Part shown: in pieces, positions 41,919-51,334 of the stretch
Position numbering within the stretch: the first letter of the stretch is position 1
Layout: the number at the start of each line of letters is the position of its first letter
NCBI GenBank assembly: GCA_048571215.1
Contig: CP182352.1
Coordinates: 1,152,001 to 1,216,000 of the forward strand
DNA from: Halarcobacter sp.
Lineage (GTDB): Bacteria; Campylobacterota; Campylobacteria; Campylobacterales; Arcobacteraceae
DNA: 64,000 bases
Direction: 5' to 3'
Position numbers and translations under genes: made by a program
The notes under the pieces: model-generated
What the model saw: the letters and a program-made list of their open reading frames with translations, nothing else
Told to the model about the DNA's origin: nothing
Databases searched by the model: none

Positions 41919-43886
41919 ATGTTTAAAGAGTTTAATATAGAAAATTTAGAAAATAGTAAAGTGCAATTAGAAGAGTTGTTAAATGATAGTAGAAAAAAAA
42001 TAGAGGAATTAGTAAATTTAGAAAATAAAACCTATGAGAATTTTGTTATGCCGTTTCAAGAAATAGGGGAGAGTATAAATGAATTTATAACTCCACTGTT
42101 TCATATTGACTCAGTTAAGAACTCAGAAATAACGCAAAAAGTGTACGAAGATTGTCTTCCTTTGATCTCAGATTATGAAACTGATATATCACAAAATGAT
42201 GATATTTATAGAGCATTAAAAGATATACAGTATAACTATAAAACATCATTAAATGATATACAAAATAAAGTGTTATACAATGAGATTAGAGACTTTAAAT
42301 TGAGTGGTTGCCATCTAGAAAATAATAAAAAGAAAAGATTAAAAGAGTTGAGTTTAAACTTGAGTCAGTTATCTCAAAAGTTTTCACAAAATCTTTTAGA
42401 TGCAACAAACTCTTATGAGATGATTCTTGATAACTATGAAGATGTAAAAGAGATACCAAAGTCAGATTTAGAGTTAGCAACTTTTGAAGAAGAGGGTAAA
42501 ACAAAATATAGATTTACACTTCAAATGCCATCATATTTAGCGTATATTACATATGGTACAAATAGAGAAAAAAGAGAAGAGATATACAAAGCTTATACAA
42601 CAAGAGCACCTCAAAATGGTGAGATAATTGAACAAATACTAAAACTAAAAGATGAAAAGGTAAAACTACTTGGCTTTGATTCATATGCCCAATACTCTTT
42701 GGAAACTAAAATGGCAAATACAACTACTGAGGTTGTGTCATTTTTAGAAGAGTTGGCATCAAAAGGACAAAATAGGGCATTACAAGAGGTAGAAGAGCTT
42801 AAGCAATATGCTTTAAAAGATGGTATTGATGATATAAAAAGTTATGATTTATCTTATTATAGTGAAAAACTAAAAAAAGAGAAATATGATTTAGATGAGG
42901 AGTATTATAGACCATATTTTGAACAAAATTCAGTATTAAATGGTTTTTTCGATTTTTTAAATGAGGTTTTTGGTATAGAGTTTACTTTAACAAATGCAAA
43001 AGCTTGGGATGAGAAGGTTAAAGTTTATAATATAAGTGAAAATGGAAAGGTTATTGCTAGAATTTATATCGATTTAGAATCAAGAAAAGACAAAAGAGGG
43101 GGTGCTTGGATGAATAATTGGCACTCTTATTATATAAATGCAAAGGGGGAAGAACAACTTCCAACAGCATATATTGTATGTAATTTTCCTCCATCAAGTG
43201 AAAACACTGTTTCTTTGTTAAGACACTCTGATGTTGTTACACTATTCCATGAGATGGGACATGCCTTACATCATCTTTTAAGTAAGGTTCCAGAAGCTTT
43301 TGTAAGTGGTATTTCTGGAGTTGCATGGGATGTTGTAGAGTTCCCATCACAGTTTCTTGAGTATTTTGCCTATGATAAAGAGGTTTTAAAACTTTTTGCA
43401 AAACATTATAAAACAGGTGAGGTTTTAAGTGATGAAGCAATAGATAGAATAATAAAAGCTAGAAATTTTCAATCTTCACTTGCTATGTTAAGACAGATAG
43501 AGTTTGCCTTGTTTGATTTTAAACTTCATGAAAAACTTTACACAAGCCAAGAACAAGTACAAGAGATTTTAGATAGTATAAGAGATAAATATTCAGTAAT
43601 AAAACCTCCAAAATATAATAAGTTTCAAAATGGTTTCTCTCATATTTTTGCAGGTGGGTATGCAGCGGGTTATTACTCATATAAGTGGGCAGAAGTTTTA
43701 AGTGCAGATGCATTTTATATGTTTATAGACTCAGGAAAGGTGTTAAACAAAGAATTAGCTACAAAATATAGGGATATAGTGTTAAAAAATGGTGGTTCTA
43801 AAGATATGGATCAATTATTCTTTGAATTTGCATCTAGAAACCCAAGTGTTGATTCTTTATTAAAAATTGATGGAATTATTAGCTAA
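41919..43886 (+). CDS. prlC: Oligopeptidase A (M3 family)
   Basis: KRGGAWM, TLFHEMGHALH, VEFPSQ, HIFAGGYAAGYYSYKWAE. Confidence 0.92.
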   Translation: MFKEFNIENLENSKVQLEELLNDSRKKIEELVNLENKTYENFVMPFQEIGESINEFITPLFHIDSVKNSEITQKVYEDCLPLISDYETDISQNDDIYRALKDIQYNYKTSLNDIQNKVLYNEIRDFKLSGCHLENNKKKRLKELSLNLSQLSQKFSQNLLDATNSYEMILDNYEDVKEIPKSDLELATFEEEGKTKYRFTLQMPSYLAYITYGTNREKREEIYKAYTTRAPQNGEIIEQILKLKDEKVKLLGFDSYAQYSLETKMANTTTEVVSFLEELASKGQNRALQEVEELKQYALKDGIDDIKSYDLSYYSEKLKKEKYDLDEEYYRPYFEQNSVLNGFFDFLNEVFGIEFTLTNAKAWDEKVKVYNISENGKVIARIYIDLESRKDKRGGAWMNNWHSYYINAKGEEQLPTAYIVCNFPPSSENTVSLLRHSDVVTLFHEMGHALHHLLSKVPEAFVSGISGVAWDVVEFPSQFLEYFAYDKEVLKLFAKHYKTGEVLSDEAIDRIIKARNFQSSLAMLRQIEFALFDFKLHEKLYTSQEQVQEILDSIRDKYSVIKPPKYNKFQNGFSHIFAGGYAAGYYSYKWAEVLSADAFYMFIDSGKVLNKELATKYRDIVLKNGGSKDMDQLFFEFASRNPSVDSLLKIDGIIS

Positions 43887-44189
43887 GTTTTGTAATAATA
43901 TGATTTCTAATCAGATTGATAAATATAAGGACTTTTTACAATGACAAATGCTGAAACAATTGCTAAATTAAATGATGCTTTAGAGAAACTAATAAATGCT
44001 TATATTCTTTGAATTTGCATCTAGAAACCCAAGTGTTGATTCTTTATTAAAAATTGATGGAATTATTAGCTAAGTTTTGTAATAATATGATTTCTAATCA
44101 GATTGATAAATATAAGGACTTTTTACAATGACAAATGCTGAAACAATTGCTAAATTAAATGATGCTTTAGAGAAACTAATAAATGCTTA
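43816..44189 (+). repeat. Exact tandem duplication, unit 187 bp
   Basis: 43816-44002 is repeated at 44003-44189; ATGACAAATGCTG occurs at both 43941 and 44128. Confidence 0.95.
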
Positions 44190-44625
44190 TGAACTATTGC
44201 AAAACTCATACGATGAGTTACAAGGTGATAATAAAAAATTAAATGAAGAGGTAAAGAATTTAAAAGCTAAAGTTAATACTTTAGAAGCTGAAAAAAGGGA
44301 TTTAGAAGATAATGTTAATAATCTTGAAGATTCAAAAGAAAAAGATTCAAGTAATATGAACAATATGCTTAGTAAAATAGAGGGACTTTTAAGTAAGAAA
44401 AAAGCAATTCCTTCTATGAATGAATCAAGAGATGAATTAAGACTAGGGCAGGATGATAGAAAAGAACAATCAAATGCCACTAAAGATGCAAGAGCTGCAA
44501 TGGGAGAAATAGTCATTGATAGTAAAACCTCTTCTGATAGAAATGAAGAAGAGTCTGAATCAAATAATGAAAATAAAATTGATTTGAATAGAATGGCCTC
44601 ATTACTAAACGGATTTAATAACTAG
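44128..44625 (+). CDS. Coiled-coil hypothetical protein
   Basis: Heptad-rich N-half, acidic tail, AAGGA RBS. Confidence 0.75.
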   Translation: MTNAETIAKLNDALEKLINAYELLQNSYDELQGDNKKLNEEVKNLKAKVNTLEAEKRDLEDNVNNLEDSKEKDSSNMNNMLSKIEGLLSKKKAIPSMNESRDELRLGQDDRKEQSNATKDARAAMGEIVIDSKTSSDRNEEESESNNENKIDLNRMASLLNGFNN

Positions 44626-44633
44626 CAGCCCTT

Positions 44634-44912
44634 ATGGTTTTAATGTTAAATAAAATCTCTTTGTTCTCAACATTTGATGTTGAGGACTTTTTTTCATTGG
44701 ATGGTGCTATAAATAATATGGCACCATCTATGGTTGAATACTACTTATCAAACTTATCAAGTGGAAATGATGATATCTATCTAAATAAAAGAAATATACA
44801 AAGTAGTATTACTATTGGTGAGTATTCTTTGTACTTAGATTATGATGATGAAGTTTATATGGAAATAGAAGATAGCTTAGATGATGAGTTTGAGACAGGT
44901 TCTTTATGGTAG
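44634..44912 (+). CDS. Small acidic hypothetical protein
   Basis: 92-aa ORF between the coiled-coil gene and xerH. Confidence 0.65.
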   Translation: MVLMLNKISLFSTFDVEDFFSLDGAINNMAPSMVEYYLSNLSSGNDDIYLNKRNIQSSITIGEYSLYLDYDDEVYMEIEDSLDDEFETGSLW

Positions 44913-44929
44913 TAGGCTTTATCTATAAT

Positions 44930-44959
44930 AGTTTGGAAATTATAGTTTCCAAAAGTAAA
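44930..44959. promoter_or_regulatory. difH-like XerH binding/recombination site
   Basis: AGTTTGGAAA-TTATAG-TTTCCAAAAGTAAA: inverted arms around a 6-bp spacer, similar to Campylobacter/Helicobacter difH, 11 bp upstream of xerH. Confidence 0.7.
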
Positions 44960-44970
44960 ATATAAATATT

Positions 44971-46023
44971 ATGAAATATCCTTTAGATTGTGAAAACAGC
45001 TTTGAAAAAAGCTATTTGTTTTGGTTGAGTCGTTTTATAAGAAATAAGATAACTTCACTATCAAATAGACAAGTTAAAGATAAAGACAGACTTGCTCAAA
45101 TACTTCAAGCTTTGATAAAAGGCTTTGATAATATTGATAATATGAAACAAATAGTAAAAGAAGTTAGGAATATAGGAATAAACTCGATTCATGTGTATTT
45201 CATACCCCTAGAGAAGCTTTTTCATTTTTTAAGTAACTTTGGTGCTAGTTCACTAAAAGAGATTGATGAGGAGCTTCTAAGTGATTTTCTAGCTACAGAA
45301 ACAAGTAATCTATCAGATGCTACAAAGAAAAACTACAGAATTGCTCTAATTACTTTTTTTGGATATATAGATAAGCAAAATGAAGAAAAAAATGGTTTTG
45401 TTTATAGATATGGTATAGAGATGAAAAATTGGGGTGGTTTAGGGGGTCAAGGTGGTAAAAAACTACCCTCTTTTATGAAAAAAGATGAAGTGCAAAGATT
45501 TATTGAAGCTATTGATTCTTACCCTTTTAGTGCAAAAATAGCTGCAAGAAATAGGCTTATTATTAAAATAATCCTTTATACAGGTATTAGAGTTAGTGAA
45601 GCCATAAACATTGATATGAAAGATTTTAATAAAGATGAGGATGCTTATATTATCCAAGTTAGAGGAAAAGGAAATAAGCCTAGAGTTGTAATGATAAAAG
45701 AGTCTATTTTAAAAAAAGACTTGATAGAATGGGAAAGTATCAAAAATTGTAATGGTAACACCCTATTTTGCAACCAAAAAGGCAATTTACTATCACAAGC
45801 ATATATAAGTAGTATAGTTGAAAAGATTCTTTTAAGTGCTGGAATTAGAAAAGAAAAAAATGGCGCACATATGCTAAGACATACTTTTGCTACAATGCTT
45901 TATCAAAAAAGTAAGGATTTAATACTAGTACAAGAGTCTTTAGGTCATGCAGATATAAATACTTCAAGAATCTATACCCATTTTGACAAGGATAGATTAA
46001 AGCAGACTACTGATATATTTTAG
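44971..46023 (+). CDS. xerH: Tyrosine recombinase XerH
   Basis: MKYPLD N-terminus, TGIRVSE, GKGNK.R, HMLRHTFAT, LGHADINTSRIYTH; 350 aa. Confidence 0.9.
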   Translation: MKYPLDCENSFEKSYLFWLSRFIRNKITSLSNRQVKDKDRLAQILQALIKGFDNIDNMKQIVKEVRNIGINSIHVYFIPLEKLFHFLSNFGASSLKEIDEELLSDFLATETSNLSDATKKNYRIALITFFGYIDKQNEEKNGFVYRYGIEMKNWGGLGGQGGKKLPSFMKKDEVQRFIEAIDSYPFSAKIAARNRLIIKIILYTGIRVSEAINIDMKDFNKDEDAYIIQVRGKGNKPRVVMIKESILKKDLIEWESIKNCNGNTLFCNQKGNLLSQAYISSIVEKILLSAGIRKEKNGAHMLRHTFATMLYQKSKDLILVQESLGHADINTSRIYTHFDKDRLKQTTDIF

Positions 46024-47100
46024 TTATCTTCTTTTGTTTTTAGCAAAGTCAATTATATATTGGGCAATTTGGTCTAAGTGTACAATATCTTTTACAGCAC
46101 CTGCTTGAATAGCCTTAGCAGGCATTCCAAATACTACACAACTCTCTTCATTTTGGGCTATTGTATATGCTCCATTATCATGTAACTCTTTCATAGCAAT
46201 ACTACCATCATCACCCATACCTGTCATCATTACAGCCATTGCACTACTTCCTGCACAGTTATTTACTGATCTAAAAAGTACATTAACACTTGGTCTATGG
46301 TGACTTACTTTAACAGTATCTAAAAGCTTAGTTCTATACTCCCCTCTTACACACTCAATTGTTAGGTGCATATTACCAGGGGCTAAATATGCATGTCCAT
46401 ATTTTAGTACCATTCCATCTTCTGCTTGACATACATCTATACTAGAGTAATCATTTAATCTATCAGCAAATGATTTTGAAAAACCATAAGGGATATGTTG
46501 GGTTATAACTATAGGGGGTAGTGTGTTTGTTAAACTCTTAAAGACCTTTAAGAGTGATTCAACTCCACCAGTTGAAGAACCAATAGCGATAACTTTATTT
46601 CCCCCTCGTCTAGCAGGGTTTGATGGTATTACTTCATCTGGATGTATCTTTCTTTCTACATCTTTACTTTTTGTATGTATAATCTTTTTAGTGGGTTTAG
46701 GCTTTTTCAAAGTATACCTTTTTAGTAAAAAAGTTAAATTTAAAAGATTTTCTTTTATTCGTGCTGCAAAACTACTTAAAGGTTCACCACTTTCAGGTTT
46801 AGAAATAAATCCTACAGCACCATCATCAAAAATGTCATTCCCTCTAACACTCTCACCTGATACAACAACAGCTGGCATGGGATGAAGTCTCATTAAGTTT
46901 CTTAAAAAAGTTACCCCATTCATTTTAGGCATATTTACATCAATTGTAACTAAATCAGGCTCATATTGTTTTATTTTTTCTCTTGCATCATATGCATCAA
47001 ATGCTTCTGCTATTACTTCAAACTCTTCAATACTATTAATCATATCTTTTAATATTCTTCTCATAGAAGGTGAATCATCTATTATTAATACTGTATACAT
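46024..47100 (-). CDS. cheB: Chemotaxis methylesterase (REC plus CheB)
   Basis: IGSSTGG, TQH, HRPSV, MTGMGDDG. Confidence 0.95.
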   Translation of the reverse strand: MYTVLIIDDSPSMRRILKDMINSIEEFEVIAEAFDAYDAREKIKQYEPDLVTIDVNMPKMNGVTFLRNLMRLHPMPAVVVSGESVRGNDIFDDGAVGFISKPESGEPLSSFAARIKENLLNLTFLLKRYTLKKPKPTKKIIHTKSKDVERKIHPDEVIPSNPARRGGNKVIAIGSSTGGVESLLKVFKSLTNTLPPIVITQHIPYGFSKSFADRLNDYSSIDVCQAEDGMVLKYGHAYLAPGNMHLTIECVRGEYRTKLLDTVKVSHHRPSVNVLFRSVNNCAGSSAMAVMMTGMGDDGSIAMKELHDNGAYTIAQNEESCVVFGMPAKAIQAGAVKDIVHLDQIAQYIIDFAKNKRR

Positions 47101-47119
47101 GCAAACTTTTCTTTATTTA

Positions 47120-47800
47120 TTAAAATAATTCTATTTCCATTTCTGGTTCTACTTTTTGATCTTTATCAATACCAAATAAGTCAACACCACCAACATATTC
47201 TTTGATAACTGGTGCTTTTGTAATCTCTGTTTGTAATGCTGTTTCTTCACTAAGAATTTTCTTATCAGTTTCAGTTTTTTGTGTAACTTTTATAAAGGTT
47301 TGAAAATCATCAGCAAGGAGTATTAATCGACCATGTTCACCCCTTGTATGTTCACTCATAAGTTTAAAACCTTCAGATTTACAAAAATCTTTTGCAAACT
47401 CTACATTTCTATGCCCTATTGAGATTGAAGATACATTAAGTTGCATAATATCTGCTCCACCTGAGATCTTTGCAATCATATTTTGTTTACTACAACCTAG
47501 TTTGTACATCTCATTTAACATCGCTTCAACTGAATATAAACCATACTTCATATCATCATTTGTACTATTTGTTGATGGCAATAAAAAGTGATTCATACCC
47601 TTTATCTTCTTTTTGTTGTCATAAAACATAATTGCAACGCAAGAACCAAGTAATGTTTTAAATGCAACTTCATCTGTATCTGGACCAACAGCAAATTCAC
47701 CACCTATTATAGTATGAGTATTGTATCCTTTTGTTTTTTGAGTAAATCTTGATACTGAAGCTTTCTCAATACCACCATCTTTATGTCCAATTACAATCAA
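47120..47800 (-). CDS. cheD: Chemoreceptor glutamine deamidase
   Basis: TLLGSCVA, GMNHFLLP, AKISGGA, IGHRN. Confidence 0.93.
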   Translation of the reverse strand: MIVIGHKDGGIEKASVSRFTQKTKGYNTHTIIGGEFAVGPDTDEVAFKTLLGSCVAIMFYDNKKKIKGMNHFLLPSTNSTNDDMKYGLYSVEAMLNEMYKLGCSKQNMIAKISGGADIMQLNVSSISIGHRNVEFAKDFCKSEGFKLMSEHTRGEHGRLILLADDFQTFIKVTQKTETDKKILSEETALQTEITKAPVIKEYVGGVDLFGIDKDQKVEPEMEIELF

Positions 47801-48639
47801 TGTAATTCCTTTGTCTTAATAAATATATTTTGTCCCACTCTTTGTACATAATTTATTAAATCATGGGGATTTTCAGAATGTCCTAAGTATAGAGTTCCTC
47901 CTATTTTTAGGTGGGTAAATAGTTTTTTTAATATTTTATTTTGATCTTGGGTTGAAAAGTATATAAGTACATTTCTACAAAAAATTACATCAAAATAGTT
48001 TTTTTCATAAGGATAAGATGAATCATTTAGGTTCATAACTTGAAAGGTAACCATTTTTTGAAGTTCAGGTTTAACTTTTATCAAAACCTCTTCACTTGCA
48101 AGATTTTTTTGAACTCTTCTTTTAAAATATTTTTGTGGTTTTATCCATTCTGGGAACTCTTTTGAAGATTTAGCATATCTATAGATACCATTTGCAGCAT
48201 ATTGTAAAACATTTGTATCAATATCTGTTGCTAAAATAGTAGAATTGATTCTTTTCCCTAAAATCTCTTGTGTTTCTAATACAGTCATTGCCATTGAATA
48301 AGGCTCTTCTCCTGTAGATGAAGCTGAACAATACATTTTTATTGTATTATTTGAATTGGCAAATTCTGGTAAAACTCTATTTTTTAAGTCTATAAAGTGG
48401 AAATCTTCTCTAAAAAAGTGTGTTTTATTAGTAGTAAAAGAGTTAATAAACTCCATTTGAAAAGAGCCCTCTTCTATACTTGCTAATAACTCTTCGATGT
48501 CGCCATTGTATTTGGTGTCTCTTTTTAGTTTGTGGAGTCTATTTGCTATCATAATATCTTTATTCTCTGCCAGGGTTATCCCTGTTAGAGAATAAAGAAT
48601 AGACTTTACTTTATTATGTAAGGCACTATTATCTAACAT
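47797..48639 (-). CDS. cheR: Chemotaxis methyltransferase
   Basis: TTNKTHFFRE, SSTGEEPYS, IFCRNVLIYF, GHSE. Confidence 0.95.
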   Translation of the reverse strand: MLDNSALHNKVKSILYSLTGITLAENKDIMIANRLHKLKRDTKYNGDIEELLASIEEGSFQMEFINSFTTNKTHFFREDFHFIDLKNRVLPEFANSNNTIKMYCSASSTGEEPYSMAMTVLETQEILGKRINSTILATDIDTNVLQYAANGIYRYAKSSKEFPEWIKPQKYFKRRVQKNLASEEVLIKVKPELQKMVTFQVMNLNDSSYPYEKNYFDVIFCRNVLIYFSTQDQNKILKKLFTHLKIGGTLYLGHSENPHDLINYVQRVGQNIFIKTKELH

Positions 48640-48645
48640 TTATAA

Positions 48646-50742
48646 TCACGAAGCAAATTGTGTAGTATTAAAAACTTTTTCAATTTTGATTTGCGCATTT
48701 ATTATCCCTAGAACATCAAGAATTAACCCAATGCTTCCATCACCTCTAACTGTTGCTGCTCCAATCCCTTCTACACTTCTAAAGTTTTTATCTAAAGGTT
48801 TTACAACAACTTGGTGTTGATTTAAGAATTCATCTATAGAAATTGCAACTTTCGTAGCCCCTGATTTTACTACTATTAACATACCATCTTCAAGATTTTC
48901 AAAAGTAGGTTCTACACCAAATAATTGATGAAGTCTTACAACAGGGATAAACTCTTCTCTTAACATTAATAAGTCTTGAGAACCATCACCAATTTTTTTA
49001 ATCATATCTGGTGTTGGTTGAAGAGATTCAACAATAGAACTTAATGGTAAGATATATTTTTGATCTCCAACAGCAATATCTAAACCATCTAGAATTGCAA
49101 GAGTTAAAGGTAACATAATAGTAATAGTTGTACCTTTACCTAGTGTTGTATCAAGTTTAATTGCTCCACCAAGTTTTTGGATATTTGTTTTAACAACATC
49201 CATTCCAACACCACGACCAGAAATATCTGTAATTTGATCTGCTGTTGATACTCCAGCTCCAAATACTAACATAGCTTTTTCATTATCACTCATTGAGTTA
49301 AATTGGTTTTCATCAATTTGACCTTGTTCTAGTGCTTTGTTAGCAACTCGTTCAGAATCGATACCTTTACCATCATCTTCAATTGTAATAATCATTTGTC
49401 CATTTGCTTGTTCTGCTGCAATTGTAATTGCCCCAACCTCTTCTTTTCCACTAGCAACTCTTACATCAGGCGTTTCTAAACCATGGTCTAAAGAGTTTCT
49501 AATAATATGCATTAATGGGTCAGTAAGCCCTTCAATCATCGCTTTATCAATCTCAACATTATCTCCATAATGTTTAAATTCAACTTTTTTACCAAGCTTT
49601 TTAGAGATATCTCTTACAACTTTTGGGAATTTAGAGTAAATAGATTCCATTGGAACCATTCGAATACTCATAATAGAATCTTGCATATCTCTGATATGTC
49701 GTTCTAGAAGTTCAAGTCTTTCTAATACCGCATTTCTAGTTTTTGCTTCTTCTATTGAAGTTGAAAATTGGGTAAGCATTGCATTAGTGATAACTAAATC
49801 ACCAACATTATTCATAAGTAAATCAATTTTATCTAGGTTTACTCTAATATTATTTGAAGCTGAAGCTTTTTTCTCTTTTACCTCTCTATCTCCTCTTTTA
49901 GGTGCAGCTGGTTTTGCTGCAGCTGCTGGGGGAGTAGATGGTTTAGGATTATCAGTTTTAGGTGCAGCTTTTGAAACCTCTTTTTTCATAATCTCTTCTT
50001 TTTGATCTTTATTGTTTGCTGTGATTTCTGCATCAGGTGAAATATCTGGCATATCATCAAAAAATCCAAAATCATCACCCTCTTCATGTTCAATTGTAGG
50101 AGTTATAGCAGTTTCTGAAATTCTGTCTAACTCATCATCGAAAAAGCCATAGTTTTCATTATCTTTCCCTATTTCATCATCTTTGAAAAATCCATATGAA
50201 ACATTAAACTTACTTTCATTTACATCTTCATCATAAAATCCGATATTTTCATCTAGAAGATGTTCATTAGTACTAGGTGGAGTTTCAGTTTCTACTACAG
50301 GTGTTTCTTCCTGAGTGGTTTGCGCACTTGCAGGAGTCTCTCCATTTATATAAGCTCTAATGTCAGATAATAAATCACTTGTCATTTCAGTAAAAGTTTC
50401 TCTTGTAAGCTCTTCTGATACTTCAAGGTCTAGTAACTCTTTCATAACATCTAAACCATCAATTAGTGTTGAAACCATTTCTGGGATTAATTCAATTTGA
50501 TGATTTCTAAGTTTATCCATCATATTTTCAACATCATGTGTAAACTCAGCAAATAGTGTTAACTCAACTGAAGCACCACTCCCTTTTAGAGTATGAACAT
50601 CTCTAAAAAGTTGTCCCATCTCTTCGTCTGTTAATGTTCCATTTGTTTCAGCTTCTAATAGTACATTATCAGCTGATTCAAATAGCTCCTCAGCTTCTTC
50701 AACAAACATCTCTCTATACTTAGAAATATCAAACCCAGCCAT
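48646..50742 (-). CDS. cheA: Chemotaxis histidine kinase
   Basis: FRDVHTLKG (Hpt), HIIRNSLDHG, SGRGVGMDVV, C-terminal CheW-like domain. Confidence 0.96.
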   Translation of the reverse strand: MAGFDISKYREMFVEEAEELFESADNVLLEAETNGTLTDEEMGQLFRDVHTLKGSGASVELTLFAEFTHDVENMMDKLRNHQIELIPEMVSTLIDGLDVMKELLDLEVSEELTRETFTEMTSDLLSDIRAYINGETPASAQTTQEETPVVETETPPSTNEHLLDENIGFYDEDVNESKFNVSYGFFKDDEIGKDNENYGFFDDELDRISETAITPTIEHEEGDDFGFFDDMPDISPDAEITANNKDQKEEIMKKEVSKAAPKTDNPKPSTPPAAAAKPAAPKRGDREVKEKKASASNNIRVNLDKIDLLMNNVGDLVITNAMLTQFSTSIEEAKTRNAVLERLELLERHIRDMQDSIMSIRMVPMESIYSKFPKVVRDISKKLGKKVEFKHYGDNVEIDKAMIEGLTDPLMHIIRNSLDHGLETPDVRVASGKEEVGAITIAAEQANGQMIITIEDDGKGIDSERVANKALEQGQIDENQFNSMSDNEKAMLVFGAGVSTADQITDISGRGVGMDVVKTNIQKLGGAIKLDTTLGKGTTITIMLPLTLAILDGLDIAVGDQKYILPLSSIVESLQPTPDMIKKIGDGSQDLLMLREEFIPVVRLHQLFGVEPTFENLEDGMLIVVKSGATKVAISIDEFLNQHQVVVKPLDKNFRSVEGIGAATVRGDGSIGLILDVLGIINAQIKIEKVFNTTQFAS

Positions 50743-50759
50743 CTTAAAACCTTTTTATT

Positions 50760-51128
50760 TTATCTACTTAATACTATGTTCACAGCTTTTAAAAGTTGCT
50801 CAGGTACAAATGGTTTTACAATCCAACCTGTTGCTCCGGCAGCTTTTCCTTTAGCTTTCATCTCATCACTTCTCTCAGTTGTTAAAACTAAAATAGGCTT
50901 TGAAGCATATTGAGGAAGTTTTCTTAGCTCACTAATTAAAGTGAGTCCATCCATATTAGGCATATTTACATCCGTAATAATTAAATCAAAAGTTGTAGAT
51001 TTAGCCTTTTCTAAACCATCAACTCCATCAATTCCCTCAACTACATCAGTGTATCCACCCTCGTTTAGTGCATAGTTAAGCATATCTCTTAACATTGTAG
51101 AGTCATCAACAATTAAAAGCTTAGCCAT
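50760..51128 (-). CDS. cheY: Chemotaxis response regulator
   Basis: VDDS, TDVNMPNMDG, LTTE, WIVKPF. Confidence 0.92.
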   Translation of the reverse strand: MAKLLIVDDSTMLRDMLNYALNEGGYTDVVEGIDGVDGLEKAKSTTFDLIITDVNMPNMDGLTLISELRKLPQYASKPILVLTTERSDEMKAKGKAAGATGWIVKPFVPEQLLKAVNIVLSR

Positions 51129-51334
51129 AAAAACCCCTTGTTTTCGTATAAATATATTGTTTAAACTATATTAACTAAAGAAATATTAATTTAAGTTTAG
51201 TAAATTATCAAAATATAATATTGCAATTTTTATTAAAGTATCTAAAAATTGGCATTTATGTAAACTATTATAATTAAAATAAAATTAATTATAATAGAAA
51301 TTACATACTAAAATGTAGTTTATTTAAGAATTTT

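Noticed and set aside
44971..46023. Prophage or island integrase
   Set aside because: The sequence fits housekeeping XerH, and no mobile cargo or att repeats surround it.
51218..51236. ATATTGCAATTTTTATTAA upstream of cheY as a second repressor operator
   Set aside because: Only one half-site matches; expected by chance in very AT-rich DNA.
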